Shown: positions 30,332 through 41,807, counted from the first letter of the stretch. The stretch: DNA of 64,000 nt from Oxalobacter sp. (GCA_045603905.1 JAZUNA010000041.1:3000-66999); one strand, 5' to 3'. Notes: generated by a model from the letters alone, not told the origin. A program made the numbers and translations.

Positions 30332-32884
30332 TTACATATGGATACCTTTAAACTGGAATCCTGCATCTGTAATCACTTTAGCGAATTGATCTGAAGAGAT
30401 TTCACTCTCGGATGACACATACACTTCCTTTTTTTCTAGATTGACTTCAGCTTTAACGCCTGGTAATGAATTTAGAGCTTTTTCAACTGAAGCTTTGCAA
30501 TGGGCACAGTTCATACCGTCTACATAGAGTATTTTGCTTGAAGACATATTTATCTCCTCTTTTATTATTATCGAATTAATGGTGTTTGACATTAAATCAC
30601 GATCTGTTTTTGTAGAAGCCAAAGAAGTTGAACCATTTTTTTTCTGAAACAAATTCAGTTTAAGCGCATTTAGCACGACAAAAATACTGGATAACCCCAT
30701 TGCAACTGCCGCAATCATTGGATTGAGTACCAATCCAAAAACAGGATATAAAAGTCCTGCCGCTATAGGTATACATAAAATATTGTAAAAAAATGCCCAA
30801 AAAAGATTCATCTTAATGGTTCGTAATGTCGCATGAGATAAATCATATGCTGTGACAATATCCATCATATCGTTTTTTATCAGAACGACATTAGCAGACT
30901 CTATTGCAACATCTGTTCCTGCTCCAATGGCAATTCCAATATTGGCTCTTGCCAAAGCTGGAGCATCATTAATACCATCACCTACCATTGCAATTTGCTG
31001 GTTCTGTTGCATGAGTTGATGAATGACCTCTTCTTTTTCTTGCGGTAAAACCTCTGCAATGACTTGATCAATGCCGACCATTTGTTTGATGGTTTCTCCC
31101 GTGACTTTGTTGTCTCCTGTTAACATGACAACATTGAGTCCACGTGCTTTCAATTCAGAAATAGCTTGTTGGCTGGTTTCTCTTGGTAAATCAGCTACGG
31201 CAAGCATTCCAATCAATTGGTTGTTTTTTGCAAAATACAGAGGGGTTTTTCCTTCATTTGCCAGTTTTTCAGATATATCCTTTGCTTTTACCAAATTCAC
31301 AAGATGTTTTTTCATGAGTTTTTGATTACCCACAATGTACGAATCATCTTGTGTTTGTCCTTGTATTCCCAAACCTGAAAGTGCTTGAAAAGATTCAATT
31401 TGAATGGGTGTAATTTTTCTGTTTTGTGTTTCTGAGAGAATCGCTTTTGCTATAGGATGTTCTGAACGAGCTTCCAATCCCGCAGCAATTGCGAGTAATT
31501 CATTTTCGTTTATTTCAAAAGCAATAATATCGGTTAATTTCGGTTGTCCTTTTGTAATGGTTCCTGTTTTATCCAATACAACAGTTTTTATATGACAAAG
31601 ATTTTCAAGTGCTTCTGCATTTTTATATAAAACGCCCTCTTTTGCCCCTCTTCCTGTTCCAACCATGATGGCTACAGGTGTTGCCAGACCCAGTGCACAG
31701 GGACAGGAAATAATCAAAACAGCAATGGCACGTGATAATGCAAATTCCAATGACCCATGGATAAAAAGCCAAAACACAAATGTGACAAAGGAAATTCCTA
31801 TAACGACAGGAACAAAAATACGACTGATTCGATCTGCTAATTTTGCAATAGGTGCTTTAGAAGCACTTGCTTCTTCAACCAGACTAATAATTTGGGCAAG
31901 TGCTGTATCTTTTCCGACTTTTTCAGCTTTCATGAGAAAAAAGCCACTTGTGTTGATTGTTGCACCTATGACGCTATCTCCAGGATTTTTCTCAACAGGA
32001 ATACTTTCTCCGGTTATGGCAGATTCATCAACAGCAGATATTCCTTCAACAACAACTCCATCGACAGGAATCTTTGTTCCTGGTTTTACTGCTAAAATAT
32101 CTCCAACCTGGACCTTTTCCAGTAAAATTTCCCGTTCTATACCGTTTTGTATAACGAGTGCCGATTTAGGAGCCAAATTAAGTAAAGCCGTAATAGACGC
32201 TTTTGTTTTTCCTTTGCTAATCGATTCGAATGTTCTGCCTAAGGTAACCAATGTCAAAATCATAGCAGCACCTTCAAAGTACAAATCGTGTAAGTAGTGA
32301 GTTGCTATGTCTAATTGATTATTACCAACTGCCAAGTTAATCCAATACAAGCAAAAGACACCATAGAAAATGGCTGAAAACGAACCCAAAGCAATTAGGC
32401 TGTCCATATTGGGAGTTCGATGAAACAAAGATCGAAAGCCCACTGAAAAATAGGAATAGTTAACAGCAATAATGGGTAAACAAAGCAAAAATTGTGTCAG
32501 GGCTATGTTGGCAACATTTTGCGTACCTTCTAAAAAAGCAGGTAAAGGTAATTCAAACATAACTCCTTTACTCAGGTATAAAAGTGGAATCAAAAAAACA
32601 AAAGAAACAATCAATCGATATTTCATTGTCGATAACTCATCCTTTATTTTGGTTGGAGAGTTATTCACTTCTTGATGTAATGTTGCGTTATAACCTGCTT
32701 TTTGAACCGCATTGACAATCGCTTCTGATGAAATTTTTGTTTCATCAAATTCTGCAGTCATGCTATTGGTTAGTAAACTGACGCTAACAGATTGAATTCC
32801 CGGTAGCATTTGTACTGCCTTTTCAACGTTTGCAACGCAAGCAGCACAATTCATACCAGAAATATCAAATTTGTTTTTGCTCAT
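30332..32884 (-). CDS. copA: Cu(I)-translocating P1B-type ATPase with N- and C-terminal HMA domains
   Basis: [38 protein letters not shown]; C-terminal GMNCAHC. Confidence 0.95.
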   Translation of the reverse strand: MSKNKFDISGMNCAACVANVEKAVQMLPGIQSVSVSLLTNSMTAEFDETKISSEAIVNAVQKAGYNATLHQEVNNSPTKIKDELSTMKYRLIVSFVFLIPLLYLSKGVMFELPLPAFLEGTQNVANIALTQFLLCLPIIAVNYSYFSVGFRSLFHRTPNMDSLIALGSFSAIFYGVFCLYWINLAVGNNQLDIATHYLHDLYFEGAAMILTLVTLGRTFESISKGKTKASITALLNLAPKSALVIQNGIEREILLEKVQVGDILAVKPGTKIPVDGVVVEGISAVDESAITGESIPVEKNPGDSVIGATINTSGFFLMKAEKVGKDTALAQIISLVEEASASKAPIAKLADRISRIFVPVVIGISFVTFVFWLFIHGSLEFALSRAIAVLIISCPCALGLATPVAIMVGTGRGAKEGVLYKNAEALENLCHIKTVVLDKTGTITKGQPKLTDIIAFEINENELLAIAAGLEARSEHPIAKAILSETQNRKITPIQIESFQALSGLGIQGQTQDDSYIVGNQKLMKKHLVNLVKAKDISEKLANEGKTPLYFAKNNQLIGMLAVADLPRETSQQAISELKARGLNVVMLTGDNKVTGETIKQMVGIDQVIAEVLPQEKEEVIHQLMQQNQQIAMVGDGINDAPALARANIGIAIGAGTDVAIESANVVLIKNDMMDIVTAYDLSHATLRTIKMNLFWAFFYNILCIPIAAGLLYPVFGLVLNPMIAAVAMGLSSIFVVLNALKLNLFQKKNGSTSLASTKTDRDLMSNTINSIIIKEEINMSSSKILYVDGMNCAHCKASVEKALNSLPGVKAEVNLEKKEVYVSSESEISSDQFAKVITDAGFQFKGIHM

Positions 32885-33151
32885 GTTATTGGTCTTATCA
32901 CTTCTGATTGTCAGTCAAAAAGCCAACCTTACTTTTTCAAAAAACACAAAGTCATTATTATGTCAGGAATTTAATTCCTATACATAAGACATTCGTTTTA
33001 GAGCAAAGTTTATATTACAAACAATTTTAATTATGTTCTTTAATTTATTGAATTAAAAAATAATATTTGCACAAAAATAAATCTCGCTAGTTTATTTTTA
33101 GAGAAGTAAAATAACGTTTTTAAAGATTTATTGGATTTTCCAAATTTTATC

Positions 33152-34036
33152 ATGACAACAACCAAAGCAAATTTATATGGGATTGCTGCCATTCTCATGT
33201 GGAGTACATTGATTGGATTGGTACGTTCAGTCAGTCAGGCTTTTGGTGTTGCAGGTGGAACTGCTCTCATTTTTACATCAGGTGCAATTGTCTTGTGTTT
33301 GCGTCAAGGATTCCCTCGTATTTGGACTATGCACCCTCTTTATGTTTGGGGATCTGGCGTTGCCTTTGTGCTGTATGAGGTATTGATGTCTCAATCGATT
33401 GGATTTGCTAAAAGCAGTCAACAGACATTAGAAGTTGGGATGATTAATTATCTTTGGCCTTGCGCAATTGTTGTCGTTTCTCTTTGGCTTAATAAAGAAC
33501 GAATGCGTTGGTGGGTTTGGCTAGGCATTCTTCTTTCACTTTGTGGAATTTTTTTGTGTTTGACATCAAATAGTGATATCAATATAACCGGATTTATTCA
33601 GAATGTTTTAGAAACCCCTCTTCCTTATGGGATGGCTTTTGTTGCAGCTGTGCTTTGGGGGTTTTATTGCAATTTAAGTCGAAAATATGCAAATGATCAA
33701 AATGCAGTTCCCTTTTTCTTTACGATTATCGCTATAGCGCTTTGGATACGTTTTTTTATTACAGGAAGCGAGTTGCAGTATCCGGATTGGAAAGCTTGGG
33801 CTGAATTGGTCTGTATCGGTGTGATCTTTGCGATTTCTTATGCCTGTTGGGAAACCGGAATCCAAAAAGGCAATATGATTTTTCTGGCGGTTATTTCCTA
33901 CTTTACCCCCATTTTTTCCATGCTTTTTATCTGTGCATGGCTAAAAGTAGTACCTAATACCCATTTCTGGTTTGGGGTTGCTTTGGTTGTGGCGGGTTCC
34001 TTGGTTTGTTGGAACGCCATTCGTGAAAGAACATAA
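33152..34036 (+). CDS. yddG: DMT-family aromatic amino acid exporter YddG-like
   Basis: GIAAILMWS, EVGMINYLWP, SYFTP; 10 TM EamA repeats. Confidence 0.85.
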   Translation: MTTTKANLYGIAAILMWSTLIGLVRSVSQAFGVAGGTALIFTSGAIVLCLRQGFPRIWTMHPLYVWGSGVAFVLYEVLMSQSIGFAKSSQQTLEVGMINYLWPCAIVVVSLWLNKERMRWWVWLGILLSLCGIFLCLTSNSDINITGFIQNVLETPLPYGMAFVAAVLWGFYCNLSRKYANDQNAVPFFFTIIAIALWIRFFITGSELQYPDWKAWAELVCIGVIFAISYACWETGIQKGNMIFLAVISYFTPIFSMLFICAWLKVVPNTHFWFGVALVVAGSLVCWNAIRERT

Positions 34037-34037
34037 A

Positions 34038-34072
34038 AAAAGTCAGTTGAAAAACGGTTTCAACTGACTTTT
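34038..34072. terminator. Bidirectional terminator
   Basis: AAAAGTCAGTTGAAA-N5-TTTCAACTGACTTTT. Confidence 0.85.
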
Positions 34073-34093
34073 ATTCCAACTGTTATTTGAAAA

Positions 34094-34618
34094 TTATTTT
34101 TCAAATGAATTATAAAAAACGGTTTCTTCCAGAGGTTTTCTTTCAAAATGTTTTGGATGAGGAACTGCATCGTCAGCTGGATACCCCATAACCAACAGTG
34201 CAATCGGTTCAAGCGAAGCAGGAATGGAAAAGGCTTCTCTGATTTTTGCAGGATCAAAGTACATAATCCAGGTTGTTCCTAGTCCGATATCTGCAGCTGC
34301 CAACATCATTTGGGTTGTAACGATACTGCAGTCAATTTCACCACTATTCTTATTATCAAAAGGACGTGTCCACGCCGATGCTATTTCAGCACAAACAAGT
34401 AAAGATACTGGTGCATTGAAATGATAATCCGTGCACTCTCTCAGTTTGGCTTTTGTTTGTCTATCATCAATGACTAAAATACGTTGAGGTTGAAAGTTAA
34501 CAGCCGTTGGAGCCAATTGAGCTGCTCTTAAAACATACTCCAGTTTTTCCTTTTCAACAGGTTGAGGAGAGAATTTTCGGACAGAATAACGTTTTTCTGC
34601 TAGATCATTAAAACTCAT
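34094..34618 (-). CDS. Nitroreductase family protein
   Basis: RYSVRKF, APTAVNFQP, GLGTTW, MGYP, RKPLEE; AGGAG RBS. Confidence 0.92.
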   Translation of the reverse strand: MSFNDLAEKRYSVRKFSPQPVEKEKLEYVLRAAQLAPTAVNFQPQRILVIDDRQTKAKLRECTDYHFNAPVSLLVCAEIASAWTRPFDNKNSGEIDCSIVTTQMMLAAADIGLGTTWIMYFDPAKIREAFSIPASLEPIALLVMGYPADDAVPHPKHFERKPLEETVFYNSFEK

Positions 34619-34749
34619 ATTATGCTCCTTTCAAGAGAGAGTGTTATCTGAAAAAAATAGAAAACTAGAAGTTATTTTATAGTTTTATTCTCGATATCTG
34701 CATATAAACAGGTAAAATTTGAAACAAAAATCAATTACCAAGGAATATT

Positions 34750-35328
34750 TTGAATATCGTAGCTATTTTTGCCATAGCTTTTGCTCTTGCTGTTGATGCT
34801 TTTATTGTTGCTTTTGCATCAGGCATTCGTTTAAAACGGGTAACCCTTTTCCAAACACTGCAGATCAGTGGCATGTTTGGTGGCTTTCAGTTTGCTATGC
34901 CGGTTATAGCTTGGTGGTTAGGAAATAGCGCTTACAAATATATTGAGCCATATGACCATTGGATTGCTTTTGTGTTATTGGCTTTTGTTGGTGCTCGTAT
35001 GATCAAAGAAGCCTTATCTAATAAGAGCGATCAAACAGCATATAACCCTACTCGTTTCAGTATTCTTGTTTTATTGGGTATTGCAACCAGTTTGGATGCT
35101 TTTGCGGTCGGTTTATCGTTTGCCTTTTTGCAAATGAATATTTGGATACCGGCTCTTATCATTGGAGTGGTTTGTTTTTGCCTATCTTCTTTAGGACTTC
35201 ATATCGGCAGATTGATTACCCGCTTACCCAAATTAGGATTAATTGGTAATCAATCCAATATTATTGGGGGCGTATTGTTAATTGGAATTGGTTTACACAC
35301 CCTGCAACAACATGGTGTTTTCGGATAA
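34750..35328 (+). CDS. mntP: Manganese efflux pump MntP family
   Basis: LAVDAF, FQFAMP, DHWIAF, ATSLDAFAVG; TTG start with AAGGA. Confidence 0.9.
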   Translation: MNIVAIFAIAFALAVDAFIVAFASGIRLKRVTLFQTLQISGMFGGFQFAMPVIAWWLGNSAYKYIEPYDHWIAFVLLAFVGARMIKEALSNKSDQTAYNPTRFSILVLLGIATSLDAFAVGLSFAFLQMNIWIPALIIGVVCFCLSSLGLHIGRLITRLPKLGLIGNQSNIIGGVLLIGIGLHTLQQHGVFG

Positions 35329-35342
35329 ATCCATCAAAAAAC

Positions 35343-35759
35343 TTAATCTCCAATAATTTTGACAAGAACTCTTTTAGGTCTTTTACCATCAAATTCACCA
35401 TAAAAGATTTGCTCCCATGGTCCAAGATCCAATTTTCCTTCAGTGATCGCTACAACCACTTCTCTACCCATAATTTGTCTTTTGAGATGCGCATCGGCAT
35501 TATCTTCATAACTGTTATGCGCATATTGATCATAAGGTTTTTCAGGTGCTAATTTTTCTAGCCAACTCTCAAAATCTTTATGTAACCCGGATTCATCATC
35601 ATTAATAAAGACGGATGCCGTAATGTGCATGGCATTAACCAGTACCAGCCCTTCTTTAATGCCGGAGATTTGAATTTCTTTTTCTACTTGCGGTGTAATG
35701 TTGAGATAAGCTCTGCGAGTCTTTGTTTCAAACCATAACTCTTTGCGATGGCTTTTCAT
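35343..35759 (-). CDS. yjbQ: YjbQ/UPF0047 family protein
   Basis: [33 protein letters not shown]. Confidence 0.9.
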   Translation of the reverse strand: MKSHRKELWFETKTRRAYLNITPQVEKEIQISGIKEGLVLVNAMHITASVFINDDESGLHKDFESWLEKLAPEKPYDQYAHNSYEDNADAHLKRQIMGREVVVAITEGKLDLGPWEQIFYGEFDGKRPKRVLVKIIGD

Positions 35760-35818
35760 TGTAATTTCCTTTAAAAAATAACAATACGCTTGTTTTAATG
35801 CTGATTCAAAAGAGTAAG

Positions 35819-37147
35819 CTATATTTTTTTATTTTGCCAGTTGGCTTTTTTCATGTATATCCAGGAAATAACCAAGGTACACGCCCAATATACATGTTCA
35901 TTTAACCAGCAAATAGCAACATCCATTTTTAAATGGAAAATGACTCCATAAATAAAAATGCAAGAAAGCAGTAAAGGACCCAAATCTAAAAGAAAAGCCG
36001 TTTTTGTATTTCCTGTTCCAGAAATAGTCTGAAATAAAATAAAGCTAGGTACTGATATCAGTAACGATGTCATTGTCACTCGAATTGTTAATTTACTATC
36101 GGATACGAGGTTGGCGTAATCCGTATAGATCCGTACAAAAAGTTCTGGAAAAACAAATATGACAAGTGCCAAAGGCAATGTAATCAAAAAACAGAGTTTA
36201 ATGACTTTTAAACAGGCGCTGATAACCTGTTCATGCTTTCCTTCTCCAATTAAATTACTGGTAATGGACACAGCTGCAGATGAAAGCGCAAAAATGGGCA
36301 TAAAAATCAAGGTCAAAATACTACGGGTAATATTTGATATGGCAATGGCACGCTCGCCCAGATGCTCTACAGCAACAAAAAACATGAACCAAATACCAAT
36401 ACCAATAACGTATTGAATCATTATCCAGATGGATACATCTAAAATTTGTCGAATTAAATTTCCTCGAATAGTCAAAATATTCCTGAAACCATATTTATCT
36501 GTATCGACACATTTATAGATATAAAAAATGTAGAAAAGCATGGCAACGGCTTCTGCAATACTGGAAGCTAGTGCTGCTCCACCAATGCCCATCTTGGGAA
36601 AACCATATTTTCCAAATATCAACAGATAATTTAAGACAATATTGACTGCAACCATTAAAAAAGAAGCAGTTGTTAGGATCCGTGTTTGCTCAATGCCCAC
36701 AAAATAGGCACGAAAAATGAGACAAACAAAAGCAAAGAAAAAACCAAAGCTTCTCCAGTCCAAATACTCAATAGTGGCTCGATAAACTTCTTCAGAGGAA
36801 AATATTCCATTCAGAATGATGGGGGATAAAAATCGGGTCAGTAAAAAAGCAATTAAAGCCAAAAAGACAAGAAAGAAACCACCCTGTATAACAATTTGAC
36901 CAATCTCAGCAAAACGTTTTTCTCCATTACGTCTGCCAATCAGTATTTGTCCTCCCATAGAAAAACCAAAACCGATCATAAATAATGTCAGGAAAAAAAC
37001 GCCTGCCAATGCTGAAGCACCTAATTCGACTTCTCCAACACGACCTAAAAAAGCCGTATCAGTCAGCATGATTAAATGTTCAGCAATCAGGCTAATAAGA
37101 ATTGGAAAAGCAATTTTCCAAATATGACCATATGTGATGGTTTTCAT
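35819..37147 (-). CDS. MATE family efflux transporter
   Basis: [46 protein letters not shown]; 12 TM. Confidence 0.92.
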   Translation of the reverse strand: MKTITYGHIWKIAFPILISLIAEHLIMLTDTAFLGRVGEVELGASALAGVFFLTLFMIGFGFSMGGQILIGRRNGEKRFAEIGQIVIQGGFFLVFLALIAFLLTRFLSPIILNGIFSSEEVYRATIEYLDWRSFGFFFAFVCLIFRAYFVGIEQTRILTTASFLMVAVNIVLNYLLIFGKYGFPKMGIGGAALASSIAEAVAMLFYIFYIYKCVDTDKYGFRNILTIRGNLIRQILDVSIWIMIQYVIGIGIWFMFFVAVEHLGERAIAISNITRSILTLIFMPIFALSSAAVSITSNLIGEGKHEQVISACLKVIKLCFLITLPLALVIFVFPELFVRIYTDYANLVSDSKLTIRVTMTSLLISVPSFILFQTISGTGNTKTAFLLDLGPLLLSCIFIYGVIFHLKMDVAICWLNEHVYWACTLVISWIYMKKANWQNKKI

Positions 37148-37153
37148 GCATGT

Positions 37154-37193
37154 AAAAAATAAAAGGCTACGAGTATTTTTCTCTCACAGCCTT
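37154..37193 (-). terminator. Intrinsic terminator inside the MATE 5' leader
   Basis: AAGGCUGUGAG-N9-CUCGUAGCCUU-UUAUUUUUU, ending about 6 nt before the ATG. Confidence 0.8.
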
Positions 37194-37277
37194 AATAGAT
37201 GTTCCTTTTTTCACTGGATTTGATCAATTTACTTCCAGGAGTTTTTGTTAGTTTATGCTGTTTGGGCAAAGTGCTTA

Positions 37278-37306
37278 ATCATAAAAAGAGATACTTTGAC
37301 TGTCAA
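37278..37306 (-). promoter_or_regulatory. Sigma70 promoter for the MATE leader
   Basis: TTGACA (37306-37301)-17 nt-TATGAT (37283-37278). Confidence 0.8.
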
Positions 37307-37338
37307 ACATATCCACCGATATTCAGATATGGGTCAAC

Positions 37339-40300
37339 TTATATTTCCAAATAGGATTTAAGCTTTTGATAGTCCGTTTTACCACTTCCAAGTAGTGGAA
37401 TTGCATCTATTTTATGTATTTTTTTGACGGAATAGAGTAAAGACAAACCAGAGGTTTTAATTACTGTATTTACTTCACTTAGGGTTATAGGTAATGAAGT
37501 AAAAAGCACAATATCCGTTTCTCCTTCTTTAAATTCTGCTTCTACAGCAAGTGAAACGCCCTCTTCTGGTGCATCTGGATGAGTAGAAAAAGCGTCAAGC
37601 AGTATATTTTCGATTTGTGGCAAGGAAATCATTTCTCCGCCAATTTTTACGAATCGCTTTAATCTGCCATGAAAAGTCAGTCTTCCTGTTTTATCCATGC
37701 TTACCAGATCACCGGTTCGATACCAAAGATGTCCCTCAAACTCAACAAAAGGAGAAGCTGTTTCTCCAACATACCCTTGAAAAACACTTGGACCACGAAC
37801 CAAAAACATACCTGTTTCATCTGTTTTTGCCCTGCCCTTGATAACTTCGTCCTCTTCTTTTACGACAACACCTGTCAATGACGGCAAAAGGTGACCAATT
37901 GTGCCTGGCATAACATCATCAGGACGATTGACAGAAACAGCCGGAGCACATTCAGTAATGCCATATCCCTCACAAAGAGAGGCTTTGGAACATTGTTTTG
38001 CGAAAGCTTGATAAACATGCTCTGGACATTTTTCAGCTCCTACAAACGCAAATCTGACACTTTCCAAGGCATCTGAATTTTTAGCTTGTTCTAACAGGGC
38101 ATTCATGAAAGTTGGAGGCATGGCAAGTAAACTGACTTGGTAATCTCTAATCAATCCATTTAAAAGTGCTGGTTCAGTTGGATTAGGATGAAAAACAGCT
38201 TTAAAACCGGTTGTTAAAGGGATTACCAAACCAACCATCAGACCAAAGGAATGAAATGGTGGCAGCATTGCCAATACAGTATCATTTGGTGCCAAATTCA
38301 ATACTTTAATGATGTCTGTTGCATTGGTCAGAAGGTTTCTATGCGTTAAAGGAACGCCTTTAGGAGAAGACTCTGAACCTGATGTAAAAAGTACAGCAGC
38401 CACTTCAGGAATAGAAAAATGTTTGACGTCTTTCTTTAATTTGGATTGAATGAGACCTAAGACTTTATCTAAGAAAGAAAAAGTTTTTGCCATCTGATCA
38501 ATTGCAATCCATTCAACAGGTAAATTCGTTAACTCTATTCCTTGTTGCTCAATACGTTCTATTAAAGGCGTTGCGCTAATAATATGAGTAACTTTGGTTA
38601 AATCGATGCAATGTTTTAAATTGATTTCACCAACCGTCCAATTGAAAAAGACAGGTGTTTTACCTGCTAACAAAGATGCGAGCCAAATAACTACGGCAGC
38701 AGGAACAGAAGGCATCATGATTCCTATTTTGTCACCGGGTAATTTTTTCAATCGTTTTGCAATAATCAATGCGCCGATAAATACCTGATTTCTGTTGCGT
38801 AAAGCAGTTCTATCTGCCAATAATGGATCTTTAGGATTGTGTTTTAAATGCTTAAAAAACGCTTTTACAATACAGGAATGATCGGTAGGTAGTTCAAGAG
38901 GCTCAACGGAAGCTTCTTTGAACCATTCTTTTTGTGCAGGCGGAAGAATGGTATTGGAACCCAGTTGCCCACTTGCAAGAAGCAGACAATCTGCAACTGT
39001 ATTTAACATTTCCAGACTCGGAACACTTTGCTGGTATTCCTCTTCTATTGCCATGGTAACTTCCATTAACATCAAACTATCGAGTCCCAAATCGTTACCA
39101 AGGTCCATACTGTCGTAAATCGGGCTTTCAGGATGCAAACCTGATATTTGACGGAGAATTGAAAAAACTTTCTCACGAACATCTAATTTAACTTCTCGAG
39201 TGTCAGAGATATTTTTATGAACGTTGTATTCTGGAAGTTCAATTGGCGTTTTACCTTGCCAGAACCAACGCGGAATTTCGACAGCGGACGGAGTTGTTTT
39301 ATTGTAAAAATCTTCCAGTTGTTTGTTAAGTTGACGACGTTCCTGAATAAAGGCAAGGTCGTTTGCCTCCTTAAATTCAATATGTACGTGCCTTTTTGGT
39401 ACCAATAAAAACAAATTACCCAGTATGGTTAAAAAGCCACGTAAAAGTGAACGACCAAACTGAGGATAATTACCTGTTGCCCCATAGCTAAAGGTGCTTC
39501 CCCACAATCCTGTTGTTCTGATTAAAACAACTTGTATATCTGATGCTTGCTGTAATAATGACCAAACACCCGATTTTCCTCCTACATTTTCTTTTGAAGA
39601 GTGGTATATCCTTCCCGCAGGATACATCAGCACATGATTGCCTTCTTTCAAACAATCCAATACTGCATGAATACTTCTTTGAGTGTCAGAAACAGCTTTG
39701 GCACCATCTTTTATGAGATCAGGAATAGTAATCGCATTTAAAAATTTACCGACTAATTTTCCATGTAATCCAGTTAACTGGTTTTCATCTACCAAAGGAC
39801 GTGGAGAATAGCCTGCCAGTTGAGAATAGACAATAAAAGGATCTATCAAAGCAGGATGGTTCGGTAAAAAAAGCGTTGTTTTTTCAATAGTAATGGATTC
39901 CAATCCGCTCGTTGTGATTCTGTAACGTAGAGCAAGTAATAAATGTAAAAAGATGCCAAAAAAAGAATAGCGTTTGTACGAAAAAAGTTTTTGCAGGGTT
40001 TTAAATACCCAAAACATAAACAGTAATCCAAGTACACTACTACAGAATATGAGCGTTGCAGGTGTGGCTTTTCCACCTAGTTCTTGCATCCAATCGAAAA
40101 TCGAGCAGAAGAAATAGGAAAGAATGATGCCTGAAAAAGAGATGAAATTGGACAGCGCTAAAACTTTTCCTTTTTCTTTGCTTTTTGGAAGAATTTGAAT
40201 GAGACTAACAAGTGGTAACAAATACATACCCGCACAAATACCACTTAGAAAATAGACGAATATTAAAAATCCTGTCTGCAAAACATGGTGTTCTGGCAGA

Positions 40301-41277
40301 AAAACTGAGAAAGATGAAACAAGAACACCAGTAAGCATACCCACTCCCGAAGGAACCAGATACTGATGCCAAACAGAAATGTCTCGTTTACTTGCAGCAT
40401 AAATTCCAATACAAGTACCAATGAGTAAGGCAATAATAATGAAACTGATTGAAAGGACACTCAATCCTAGCTGCTTTATACCCAAATTATTAATATTGAG
40501 TAAAACGAAAAAAGAATAAGCAAAAAAGAAAGCTTCGCAAATTAAAACAAGAAAAAGCGGTGGTGATTTCTTTTTATAAGACAGTGTATAAAGAAAAGAA
40601 TTAAATGGACCTAAAAAAGGAAAAGGTGCTTTGGATACAGGAATTTCTGGATTTTTTCTGATTTTAAAAGAAATAAAAAAGCCTATTGTAGAAAAGAAAA
40701 TACCAATTGATCCGATAATTTGTCCTAATACAAATTTGTTTTCAGAAGAATATCTCCACGATTCAAAATCAAAAGTATTAAATAGAATCTCACTTGAGGA
40801 AACGCTCAAAATAATCATCATAATGCCTATTATTTTGAGTAAGGCATTGAACTGAGGTATTTTTTGAGTATGAACTTTTTGGGGAATTAGTGCATTTAAT
40901 GTCGGACTGAAAAATGTGGCTTGTATTCCCATAATGAAAATAGAGCAAATCAGTCCTGTCCAATTTAAATTGACGAGAGAGGTAATGCCAAGCAACATTA
41001 CCCCTACTTCAACTAATTTTGTATATATAAGAATAGTTCGCTTTTCATATCTATCTACAAGCCATCCAGCCCATGCAGAAAAAATGACAAAAGGTATAGC
41101 AAAAACAATGGTGGCTAGTCCTTGTAAATACAGGAGATCAAATGTGATCGCCAAAAGCAGGAGAATTTGTTTAAATAAATGATCATTGAAAATGTTTGTG
41201 GTATAACAAACCCCCATACTTAAAAGGGATTTTTTGTCATCACCAGCCATATCTGTCAAAGAAGAAAAAATACGCAT
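37339..41277 (-). CDS. Aas-like fusion: LplT-type MFS + PlsC acyltransferase + acyl carrier domain + AMP-binding ligase
   Basis: AGWLVDRY and FFSP in the MFS part; NHPALID (HX4D) and YPAGR; DLGLDSL phosphopantetheine site; FTSGSESSPKG, EGYGITE, YRTGD, KRFVKIGGE, GSGKTD. Confidence 0.9.
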   Translation of the reverse strand: MRIFSSLTDMAGDDKKSLLSMGVCYTTNIFNDHLFKQILLLLAITFDLLYLQGLATIVFAIPFVIFSAWAGWLVDRYEKRTILIYTKLVEVGVMLLGITSLVNLNWTGLICSIFIMGIQATFFSPTLNALIPQKVHTQKIPQFNALLKIIGIMMIILSVSSSEILFNTFDFESWRYSSENKFVLGQIIGSIGIFFSTIGFFISFKIRKNPEIPVSKAPFPFLGPFNSFLYTLSYKKKSPPLFLVLICEAFFFAYSFFVLLNINNLGIKQLGLSVLSISFIIIALLIGTCIGIYAASKRDISVWHQYLVPSGVGMLTGVLVSSFSVFLPEHHVLQTGFLIFVYFLSGICAGMYLLPLVSLIQILPKSKEKGKVLALSNFISFSGIILSYFFCSIFDWMQELGGKATPATLIFCSSVLGLLFMFWVFKTLQKLFSYKRYSFFGIFLHLLLALRYRITTSGLESITIEKTTLFLPNHPALIDPFIVYSQLAGYSPRPLVDENQLTGLHGKLVGKFLNAITIPDLIKDGAKAVSDTQRSIHAVLDCLKEGNHVLMYPAGRIYHSSKENVGGKSGVWSLLQQASDIQVVLIRTTGLWGSTFSYGATGNYPQFGRSLLRGFLTILGNLFLLVPKRHVHIEFKEANDLAFIQERRQLNKQLEDFYNKTTPSAVEIPRWFWQGKTPIELPEYNVHKNISDTREVKLDVREKVFSILRQISGLHPESPIYDSMDLGNDLGLDSLMLMEVTMAIEEEYQQSVPSLEMLNTVADCLLLASGQLGSNTILPPAQKEWFKEASVEPLELPTDHSCIVKAFFKHLKHNPKDPLLADRTALRNRNQVFIGALIIAKRLKKLPGDKIGIMMPSVPAAVVIWLASLLAGKTPVFFNWTVGEINLKHCIDLTKVTHIISATPLIERIEQQGIELTNLPVEWIAIDQMAKTFSFLDKVLGLIQSKLKKDVKHFSIPEVAAVLFTSGSESSPKGVPLTHRNLLTNATDIIKVLNLAPNDTVLAMLPPFHSFGLMVGLVIPLTTGFKAVFHPNPTEPALLNGLIRDYQVSLLAMPPTFMNALLEQAKNSDALESVRFAFVGAEKCPEHVYQAFAKQCSKASLCEGYGITECAPAVSVNRPDDVMPGTIGHLLPSLTGVVVKEEDEVIKGRAKTDETGMFLVRGPSVFQGYVGETASPFVEFEGHLWYRTGDLVSMDKTGRLTFHGRLKRFVKIGGEMISLPQIENILLDAFSTHPDAPEEGVSLAVEAEFKEGETDIVLFTSLPITLSEVNTVIKTSGLSLLYSVKKIHKIDAIPLLGSGKTDYQKLKSYLEI

Positions 41278-41285
41278 GATTCGTT

Positions 41286-41627
41286 TTAACCTCTCTTTGA
41301 CTCAGAAGAAATTATTTTCAAATCGCTTTCGATAAAAAGGCGAAGTTTTTCCAATGATTCCAATATCGTTTCATACACAATGACATATAGTGTTCGACGC
41401 CCCTGTTTTCGTCCTAATAAGATTCCGGCTTCTTCTAAAACGGATAAATGATGCACAATTGTAGAACGGCCCAAATCAAACTTGGATAAAATATCTTTGA
41501 TTGAGAGCTCTTCTCCTGGCTCAAATAAAAGCAAGATTTTTTGCCGAGTGATATCACCCAATGCAGAAAAAACCAATGCGGTTTCTCTCCACTCTTGTGA
41601 CAAATTATCAAGATATTCCGTTCTCAT
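41286..41627 (-). CDS. ArsR/SmtB-family regulator
   Basis: FSALGDITRQKIL, RSTIVHHLSVLEEAGI, KQGR; 8 nt upstream of the aas-like gene. Confidence 0.88.
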   Translation of the reverse strand: MRTEYLDNLSQEWRETALVFSALGDITRQKILLLFEPGEELSIKDILSKFDLGRSTIVHHLSVLEEAGILLGRKQGRRTLYVIVYETILESLEKLRLFIESDLKIISSESKRG

Positions 41628-41807
41628 AACAGCACTATTAATGTAACTATTTTTTTAGTTATTAAATAGAGTAAATATATTCTTGTCAATCAGTTTTTAA
41701 TTGACTATCTTCTTTAATATACATAATTGAAATATTTCCTAAAGAAAACAGAATGTTAAAATCAAAATGTATTTTTAACAGGCAATATCATCTATAAAGG
41801 GCATAAA

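Noticed and set aside
34619-34749. yybP-ykoY Mn riboswitch upstream of mntP
   Set aside because: Short AT-rich spacer without the GGGGAGUA/CAAU/GAGAC motifs
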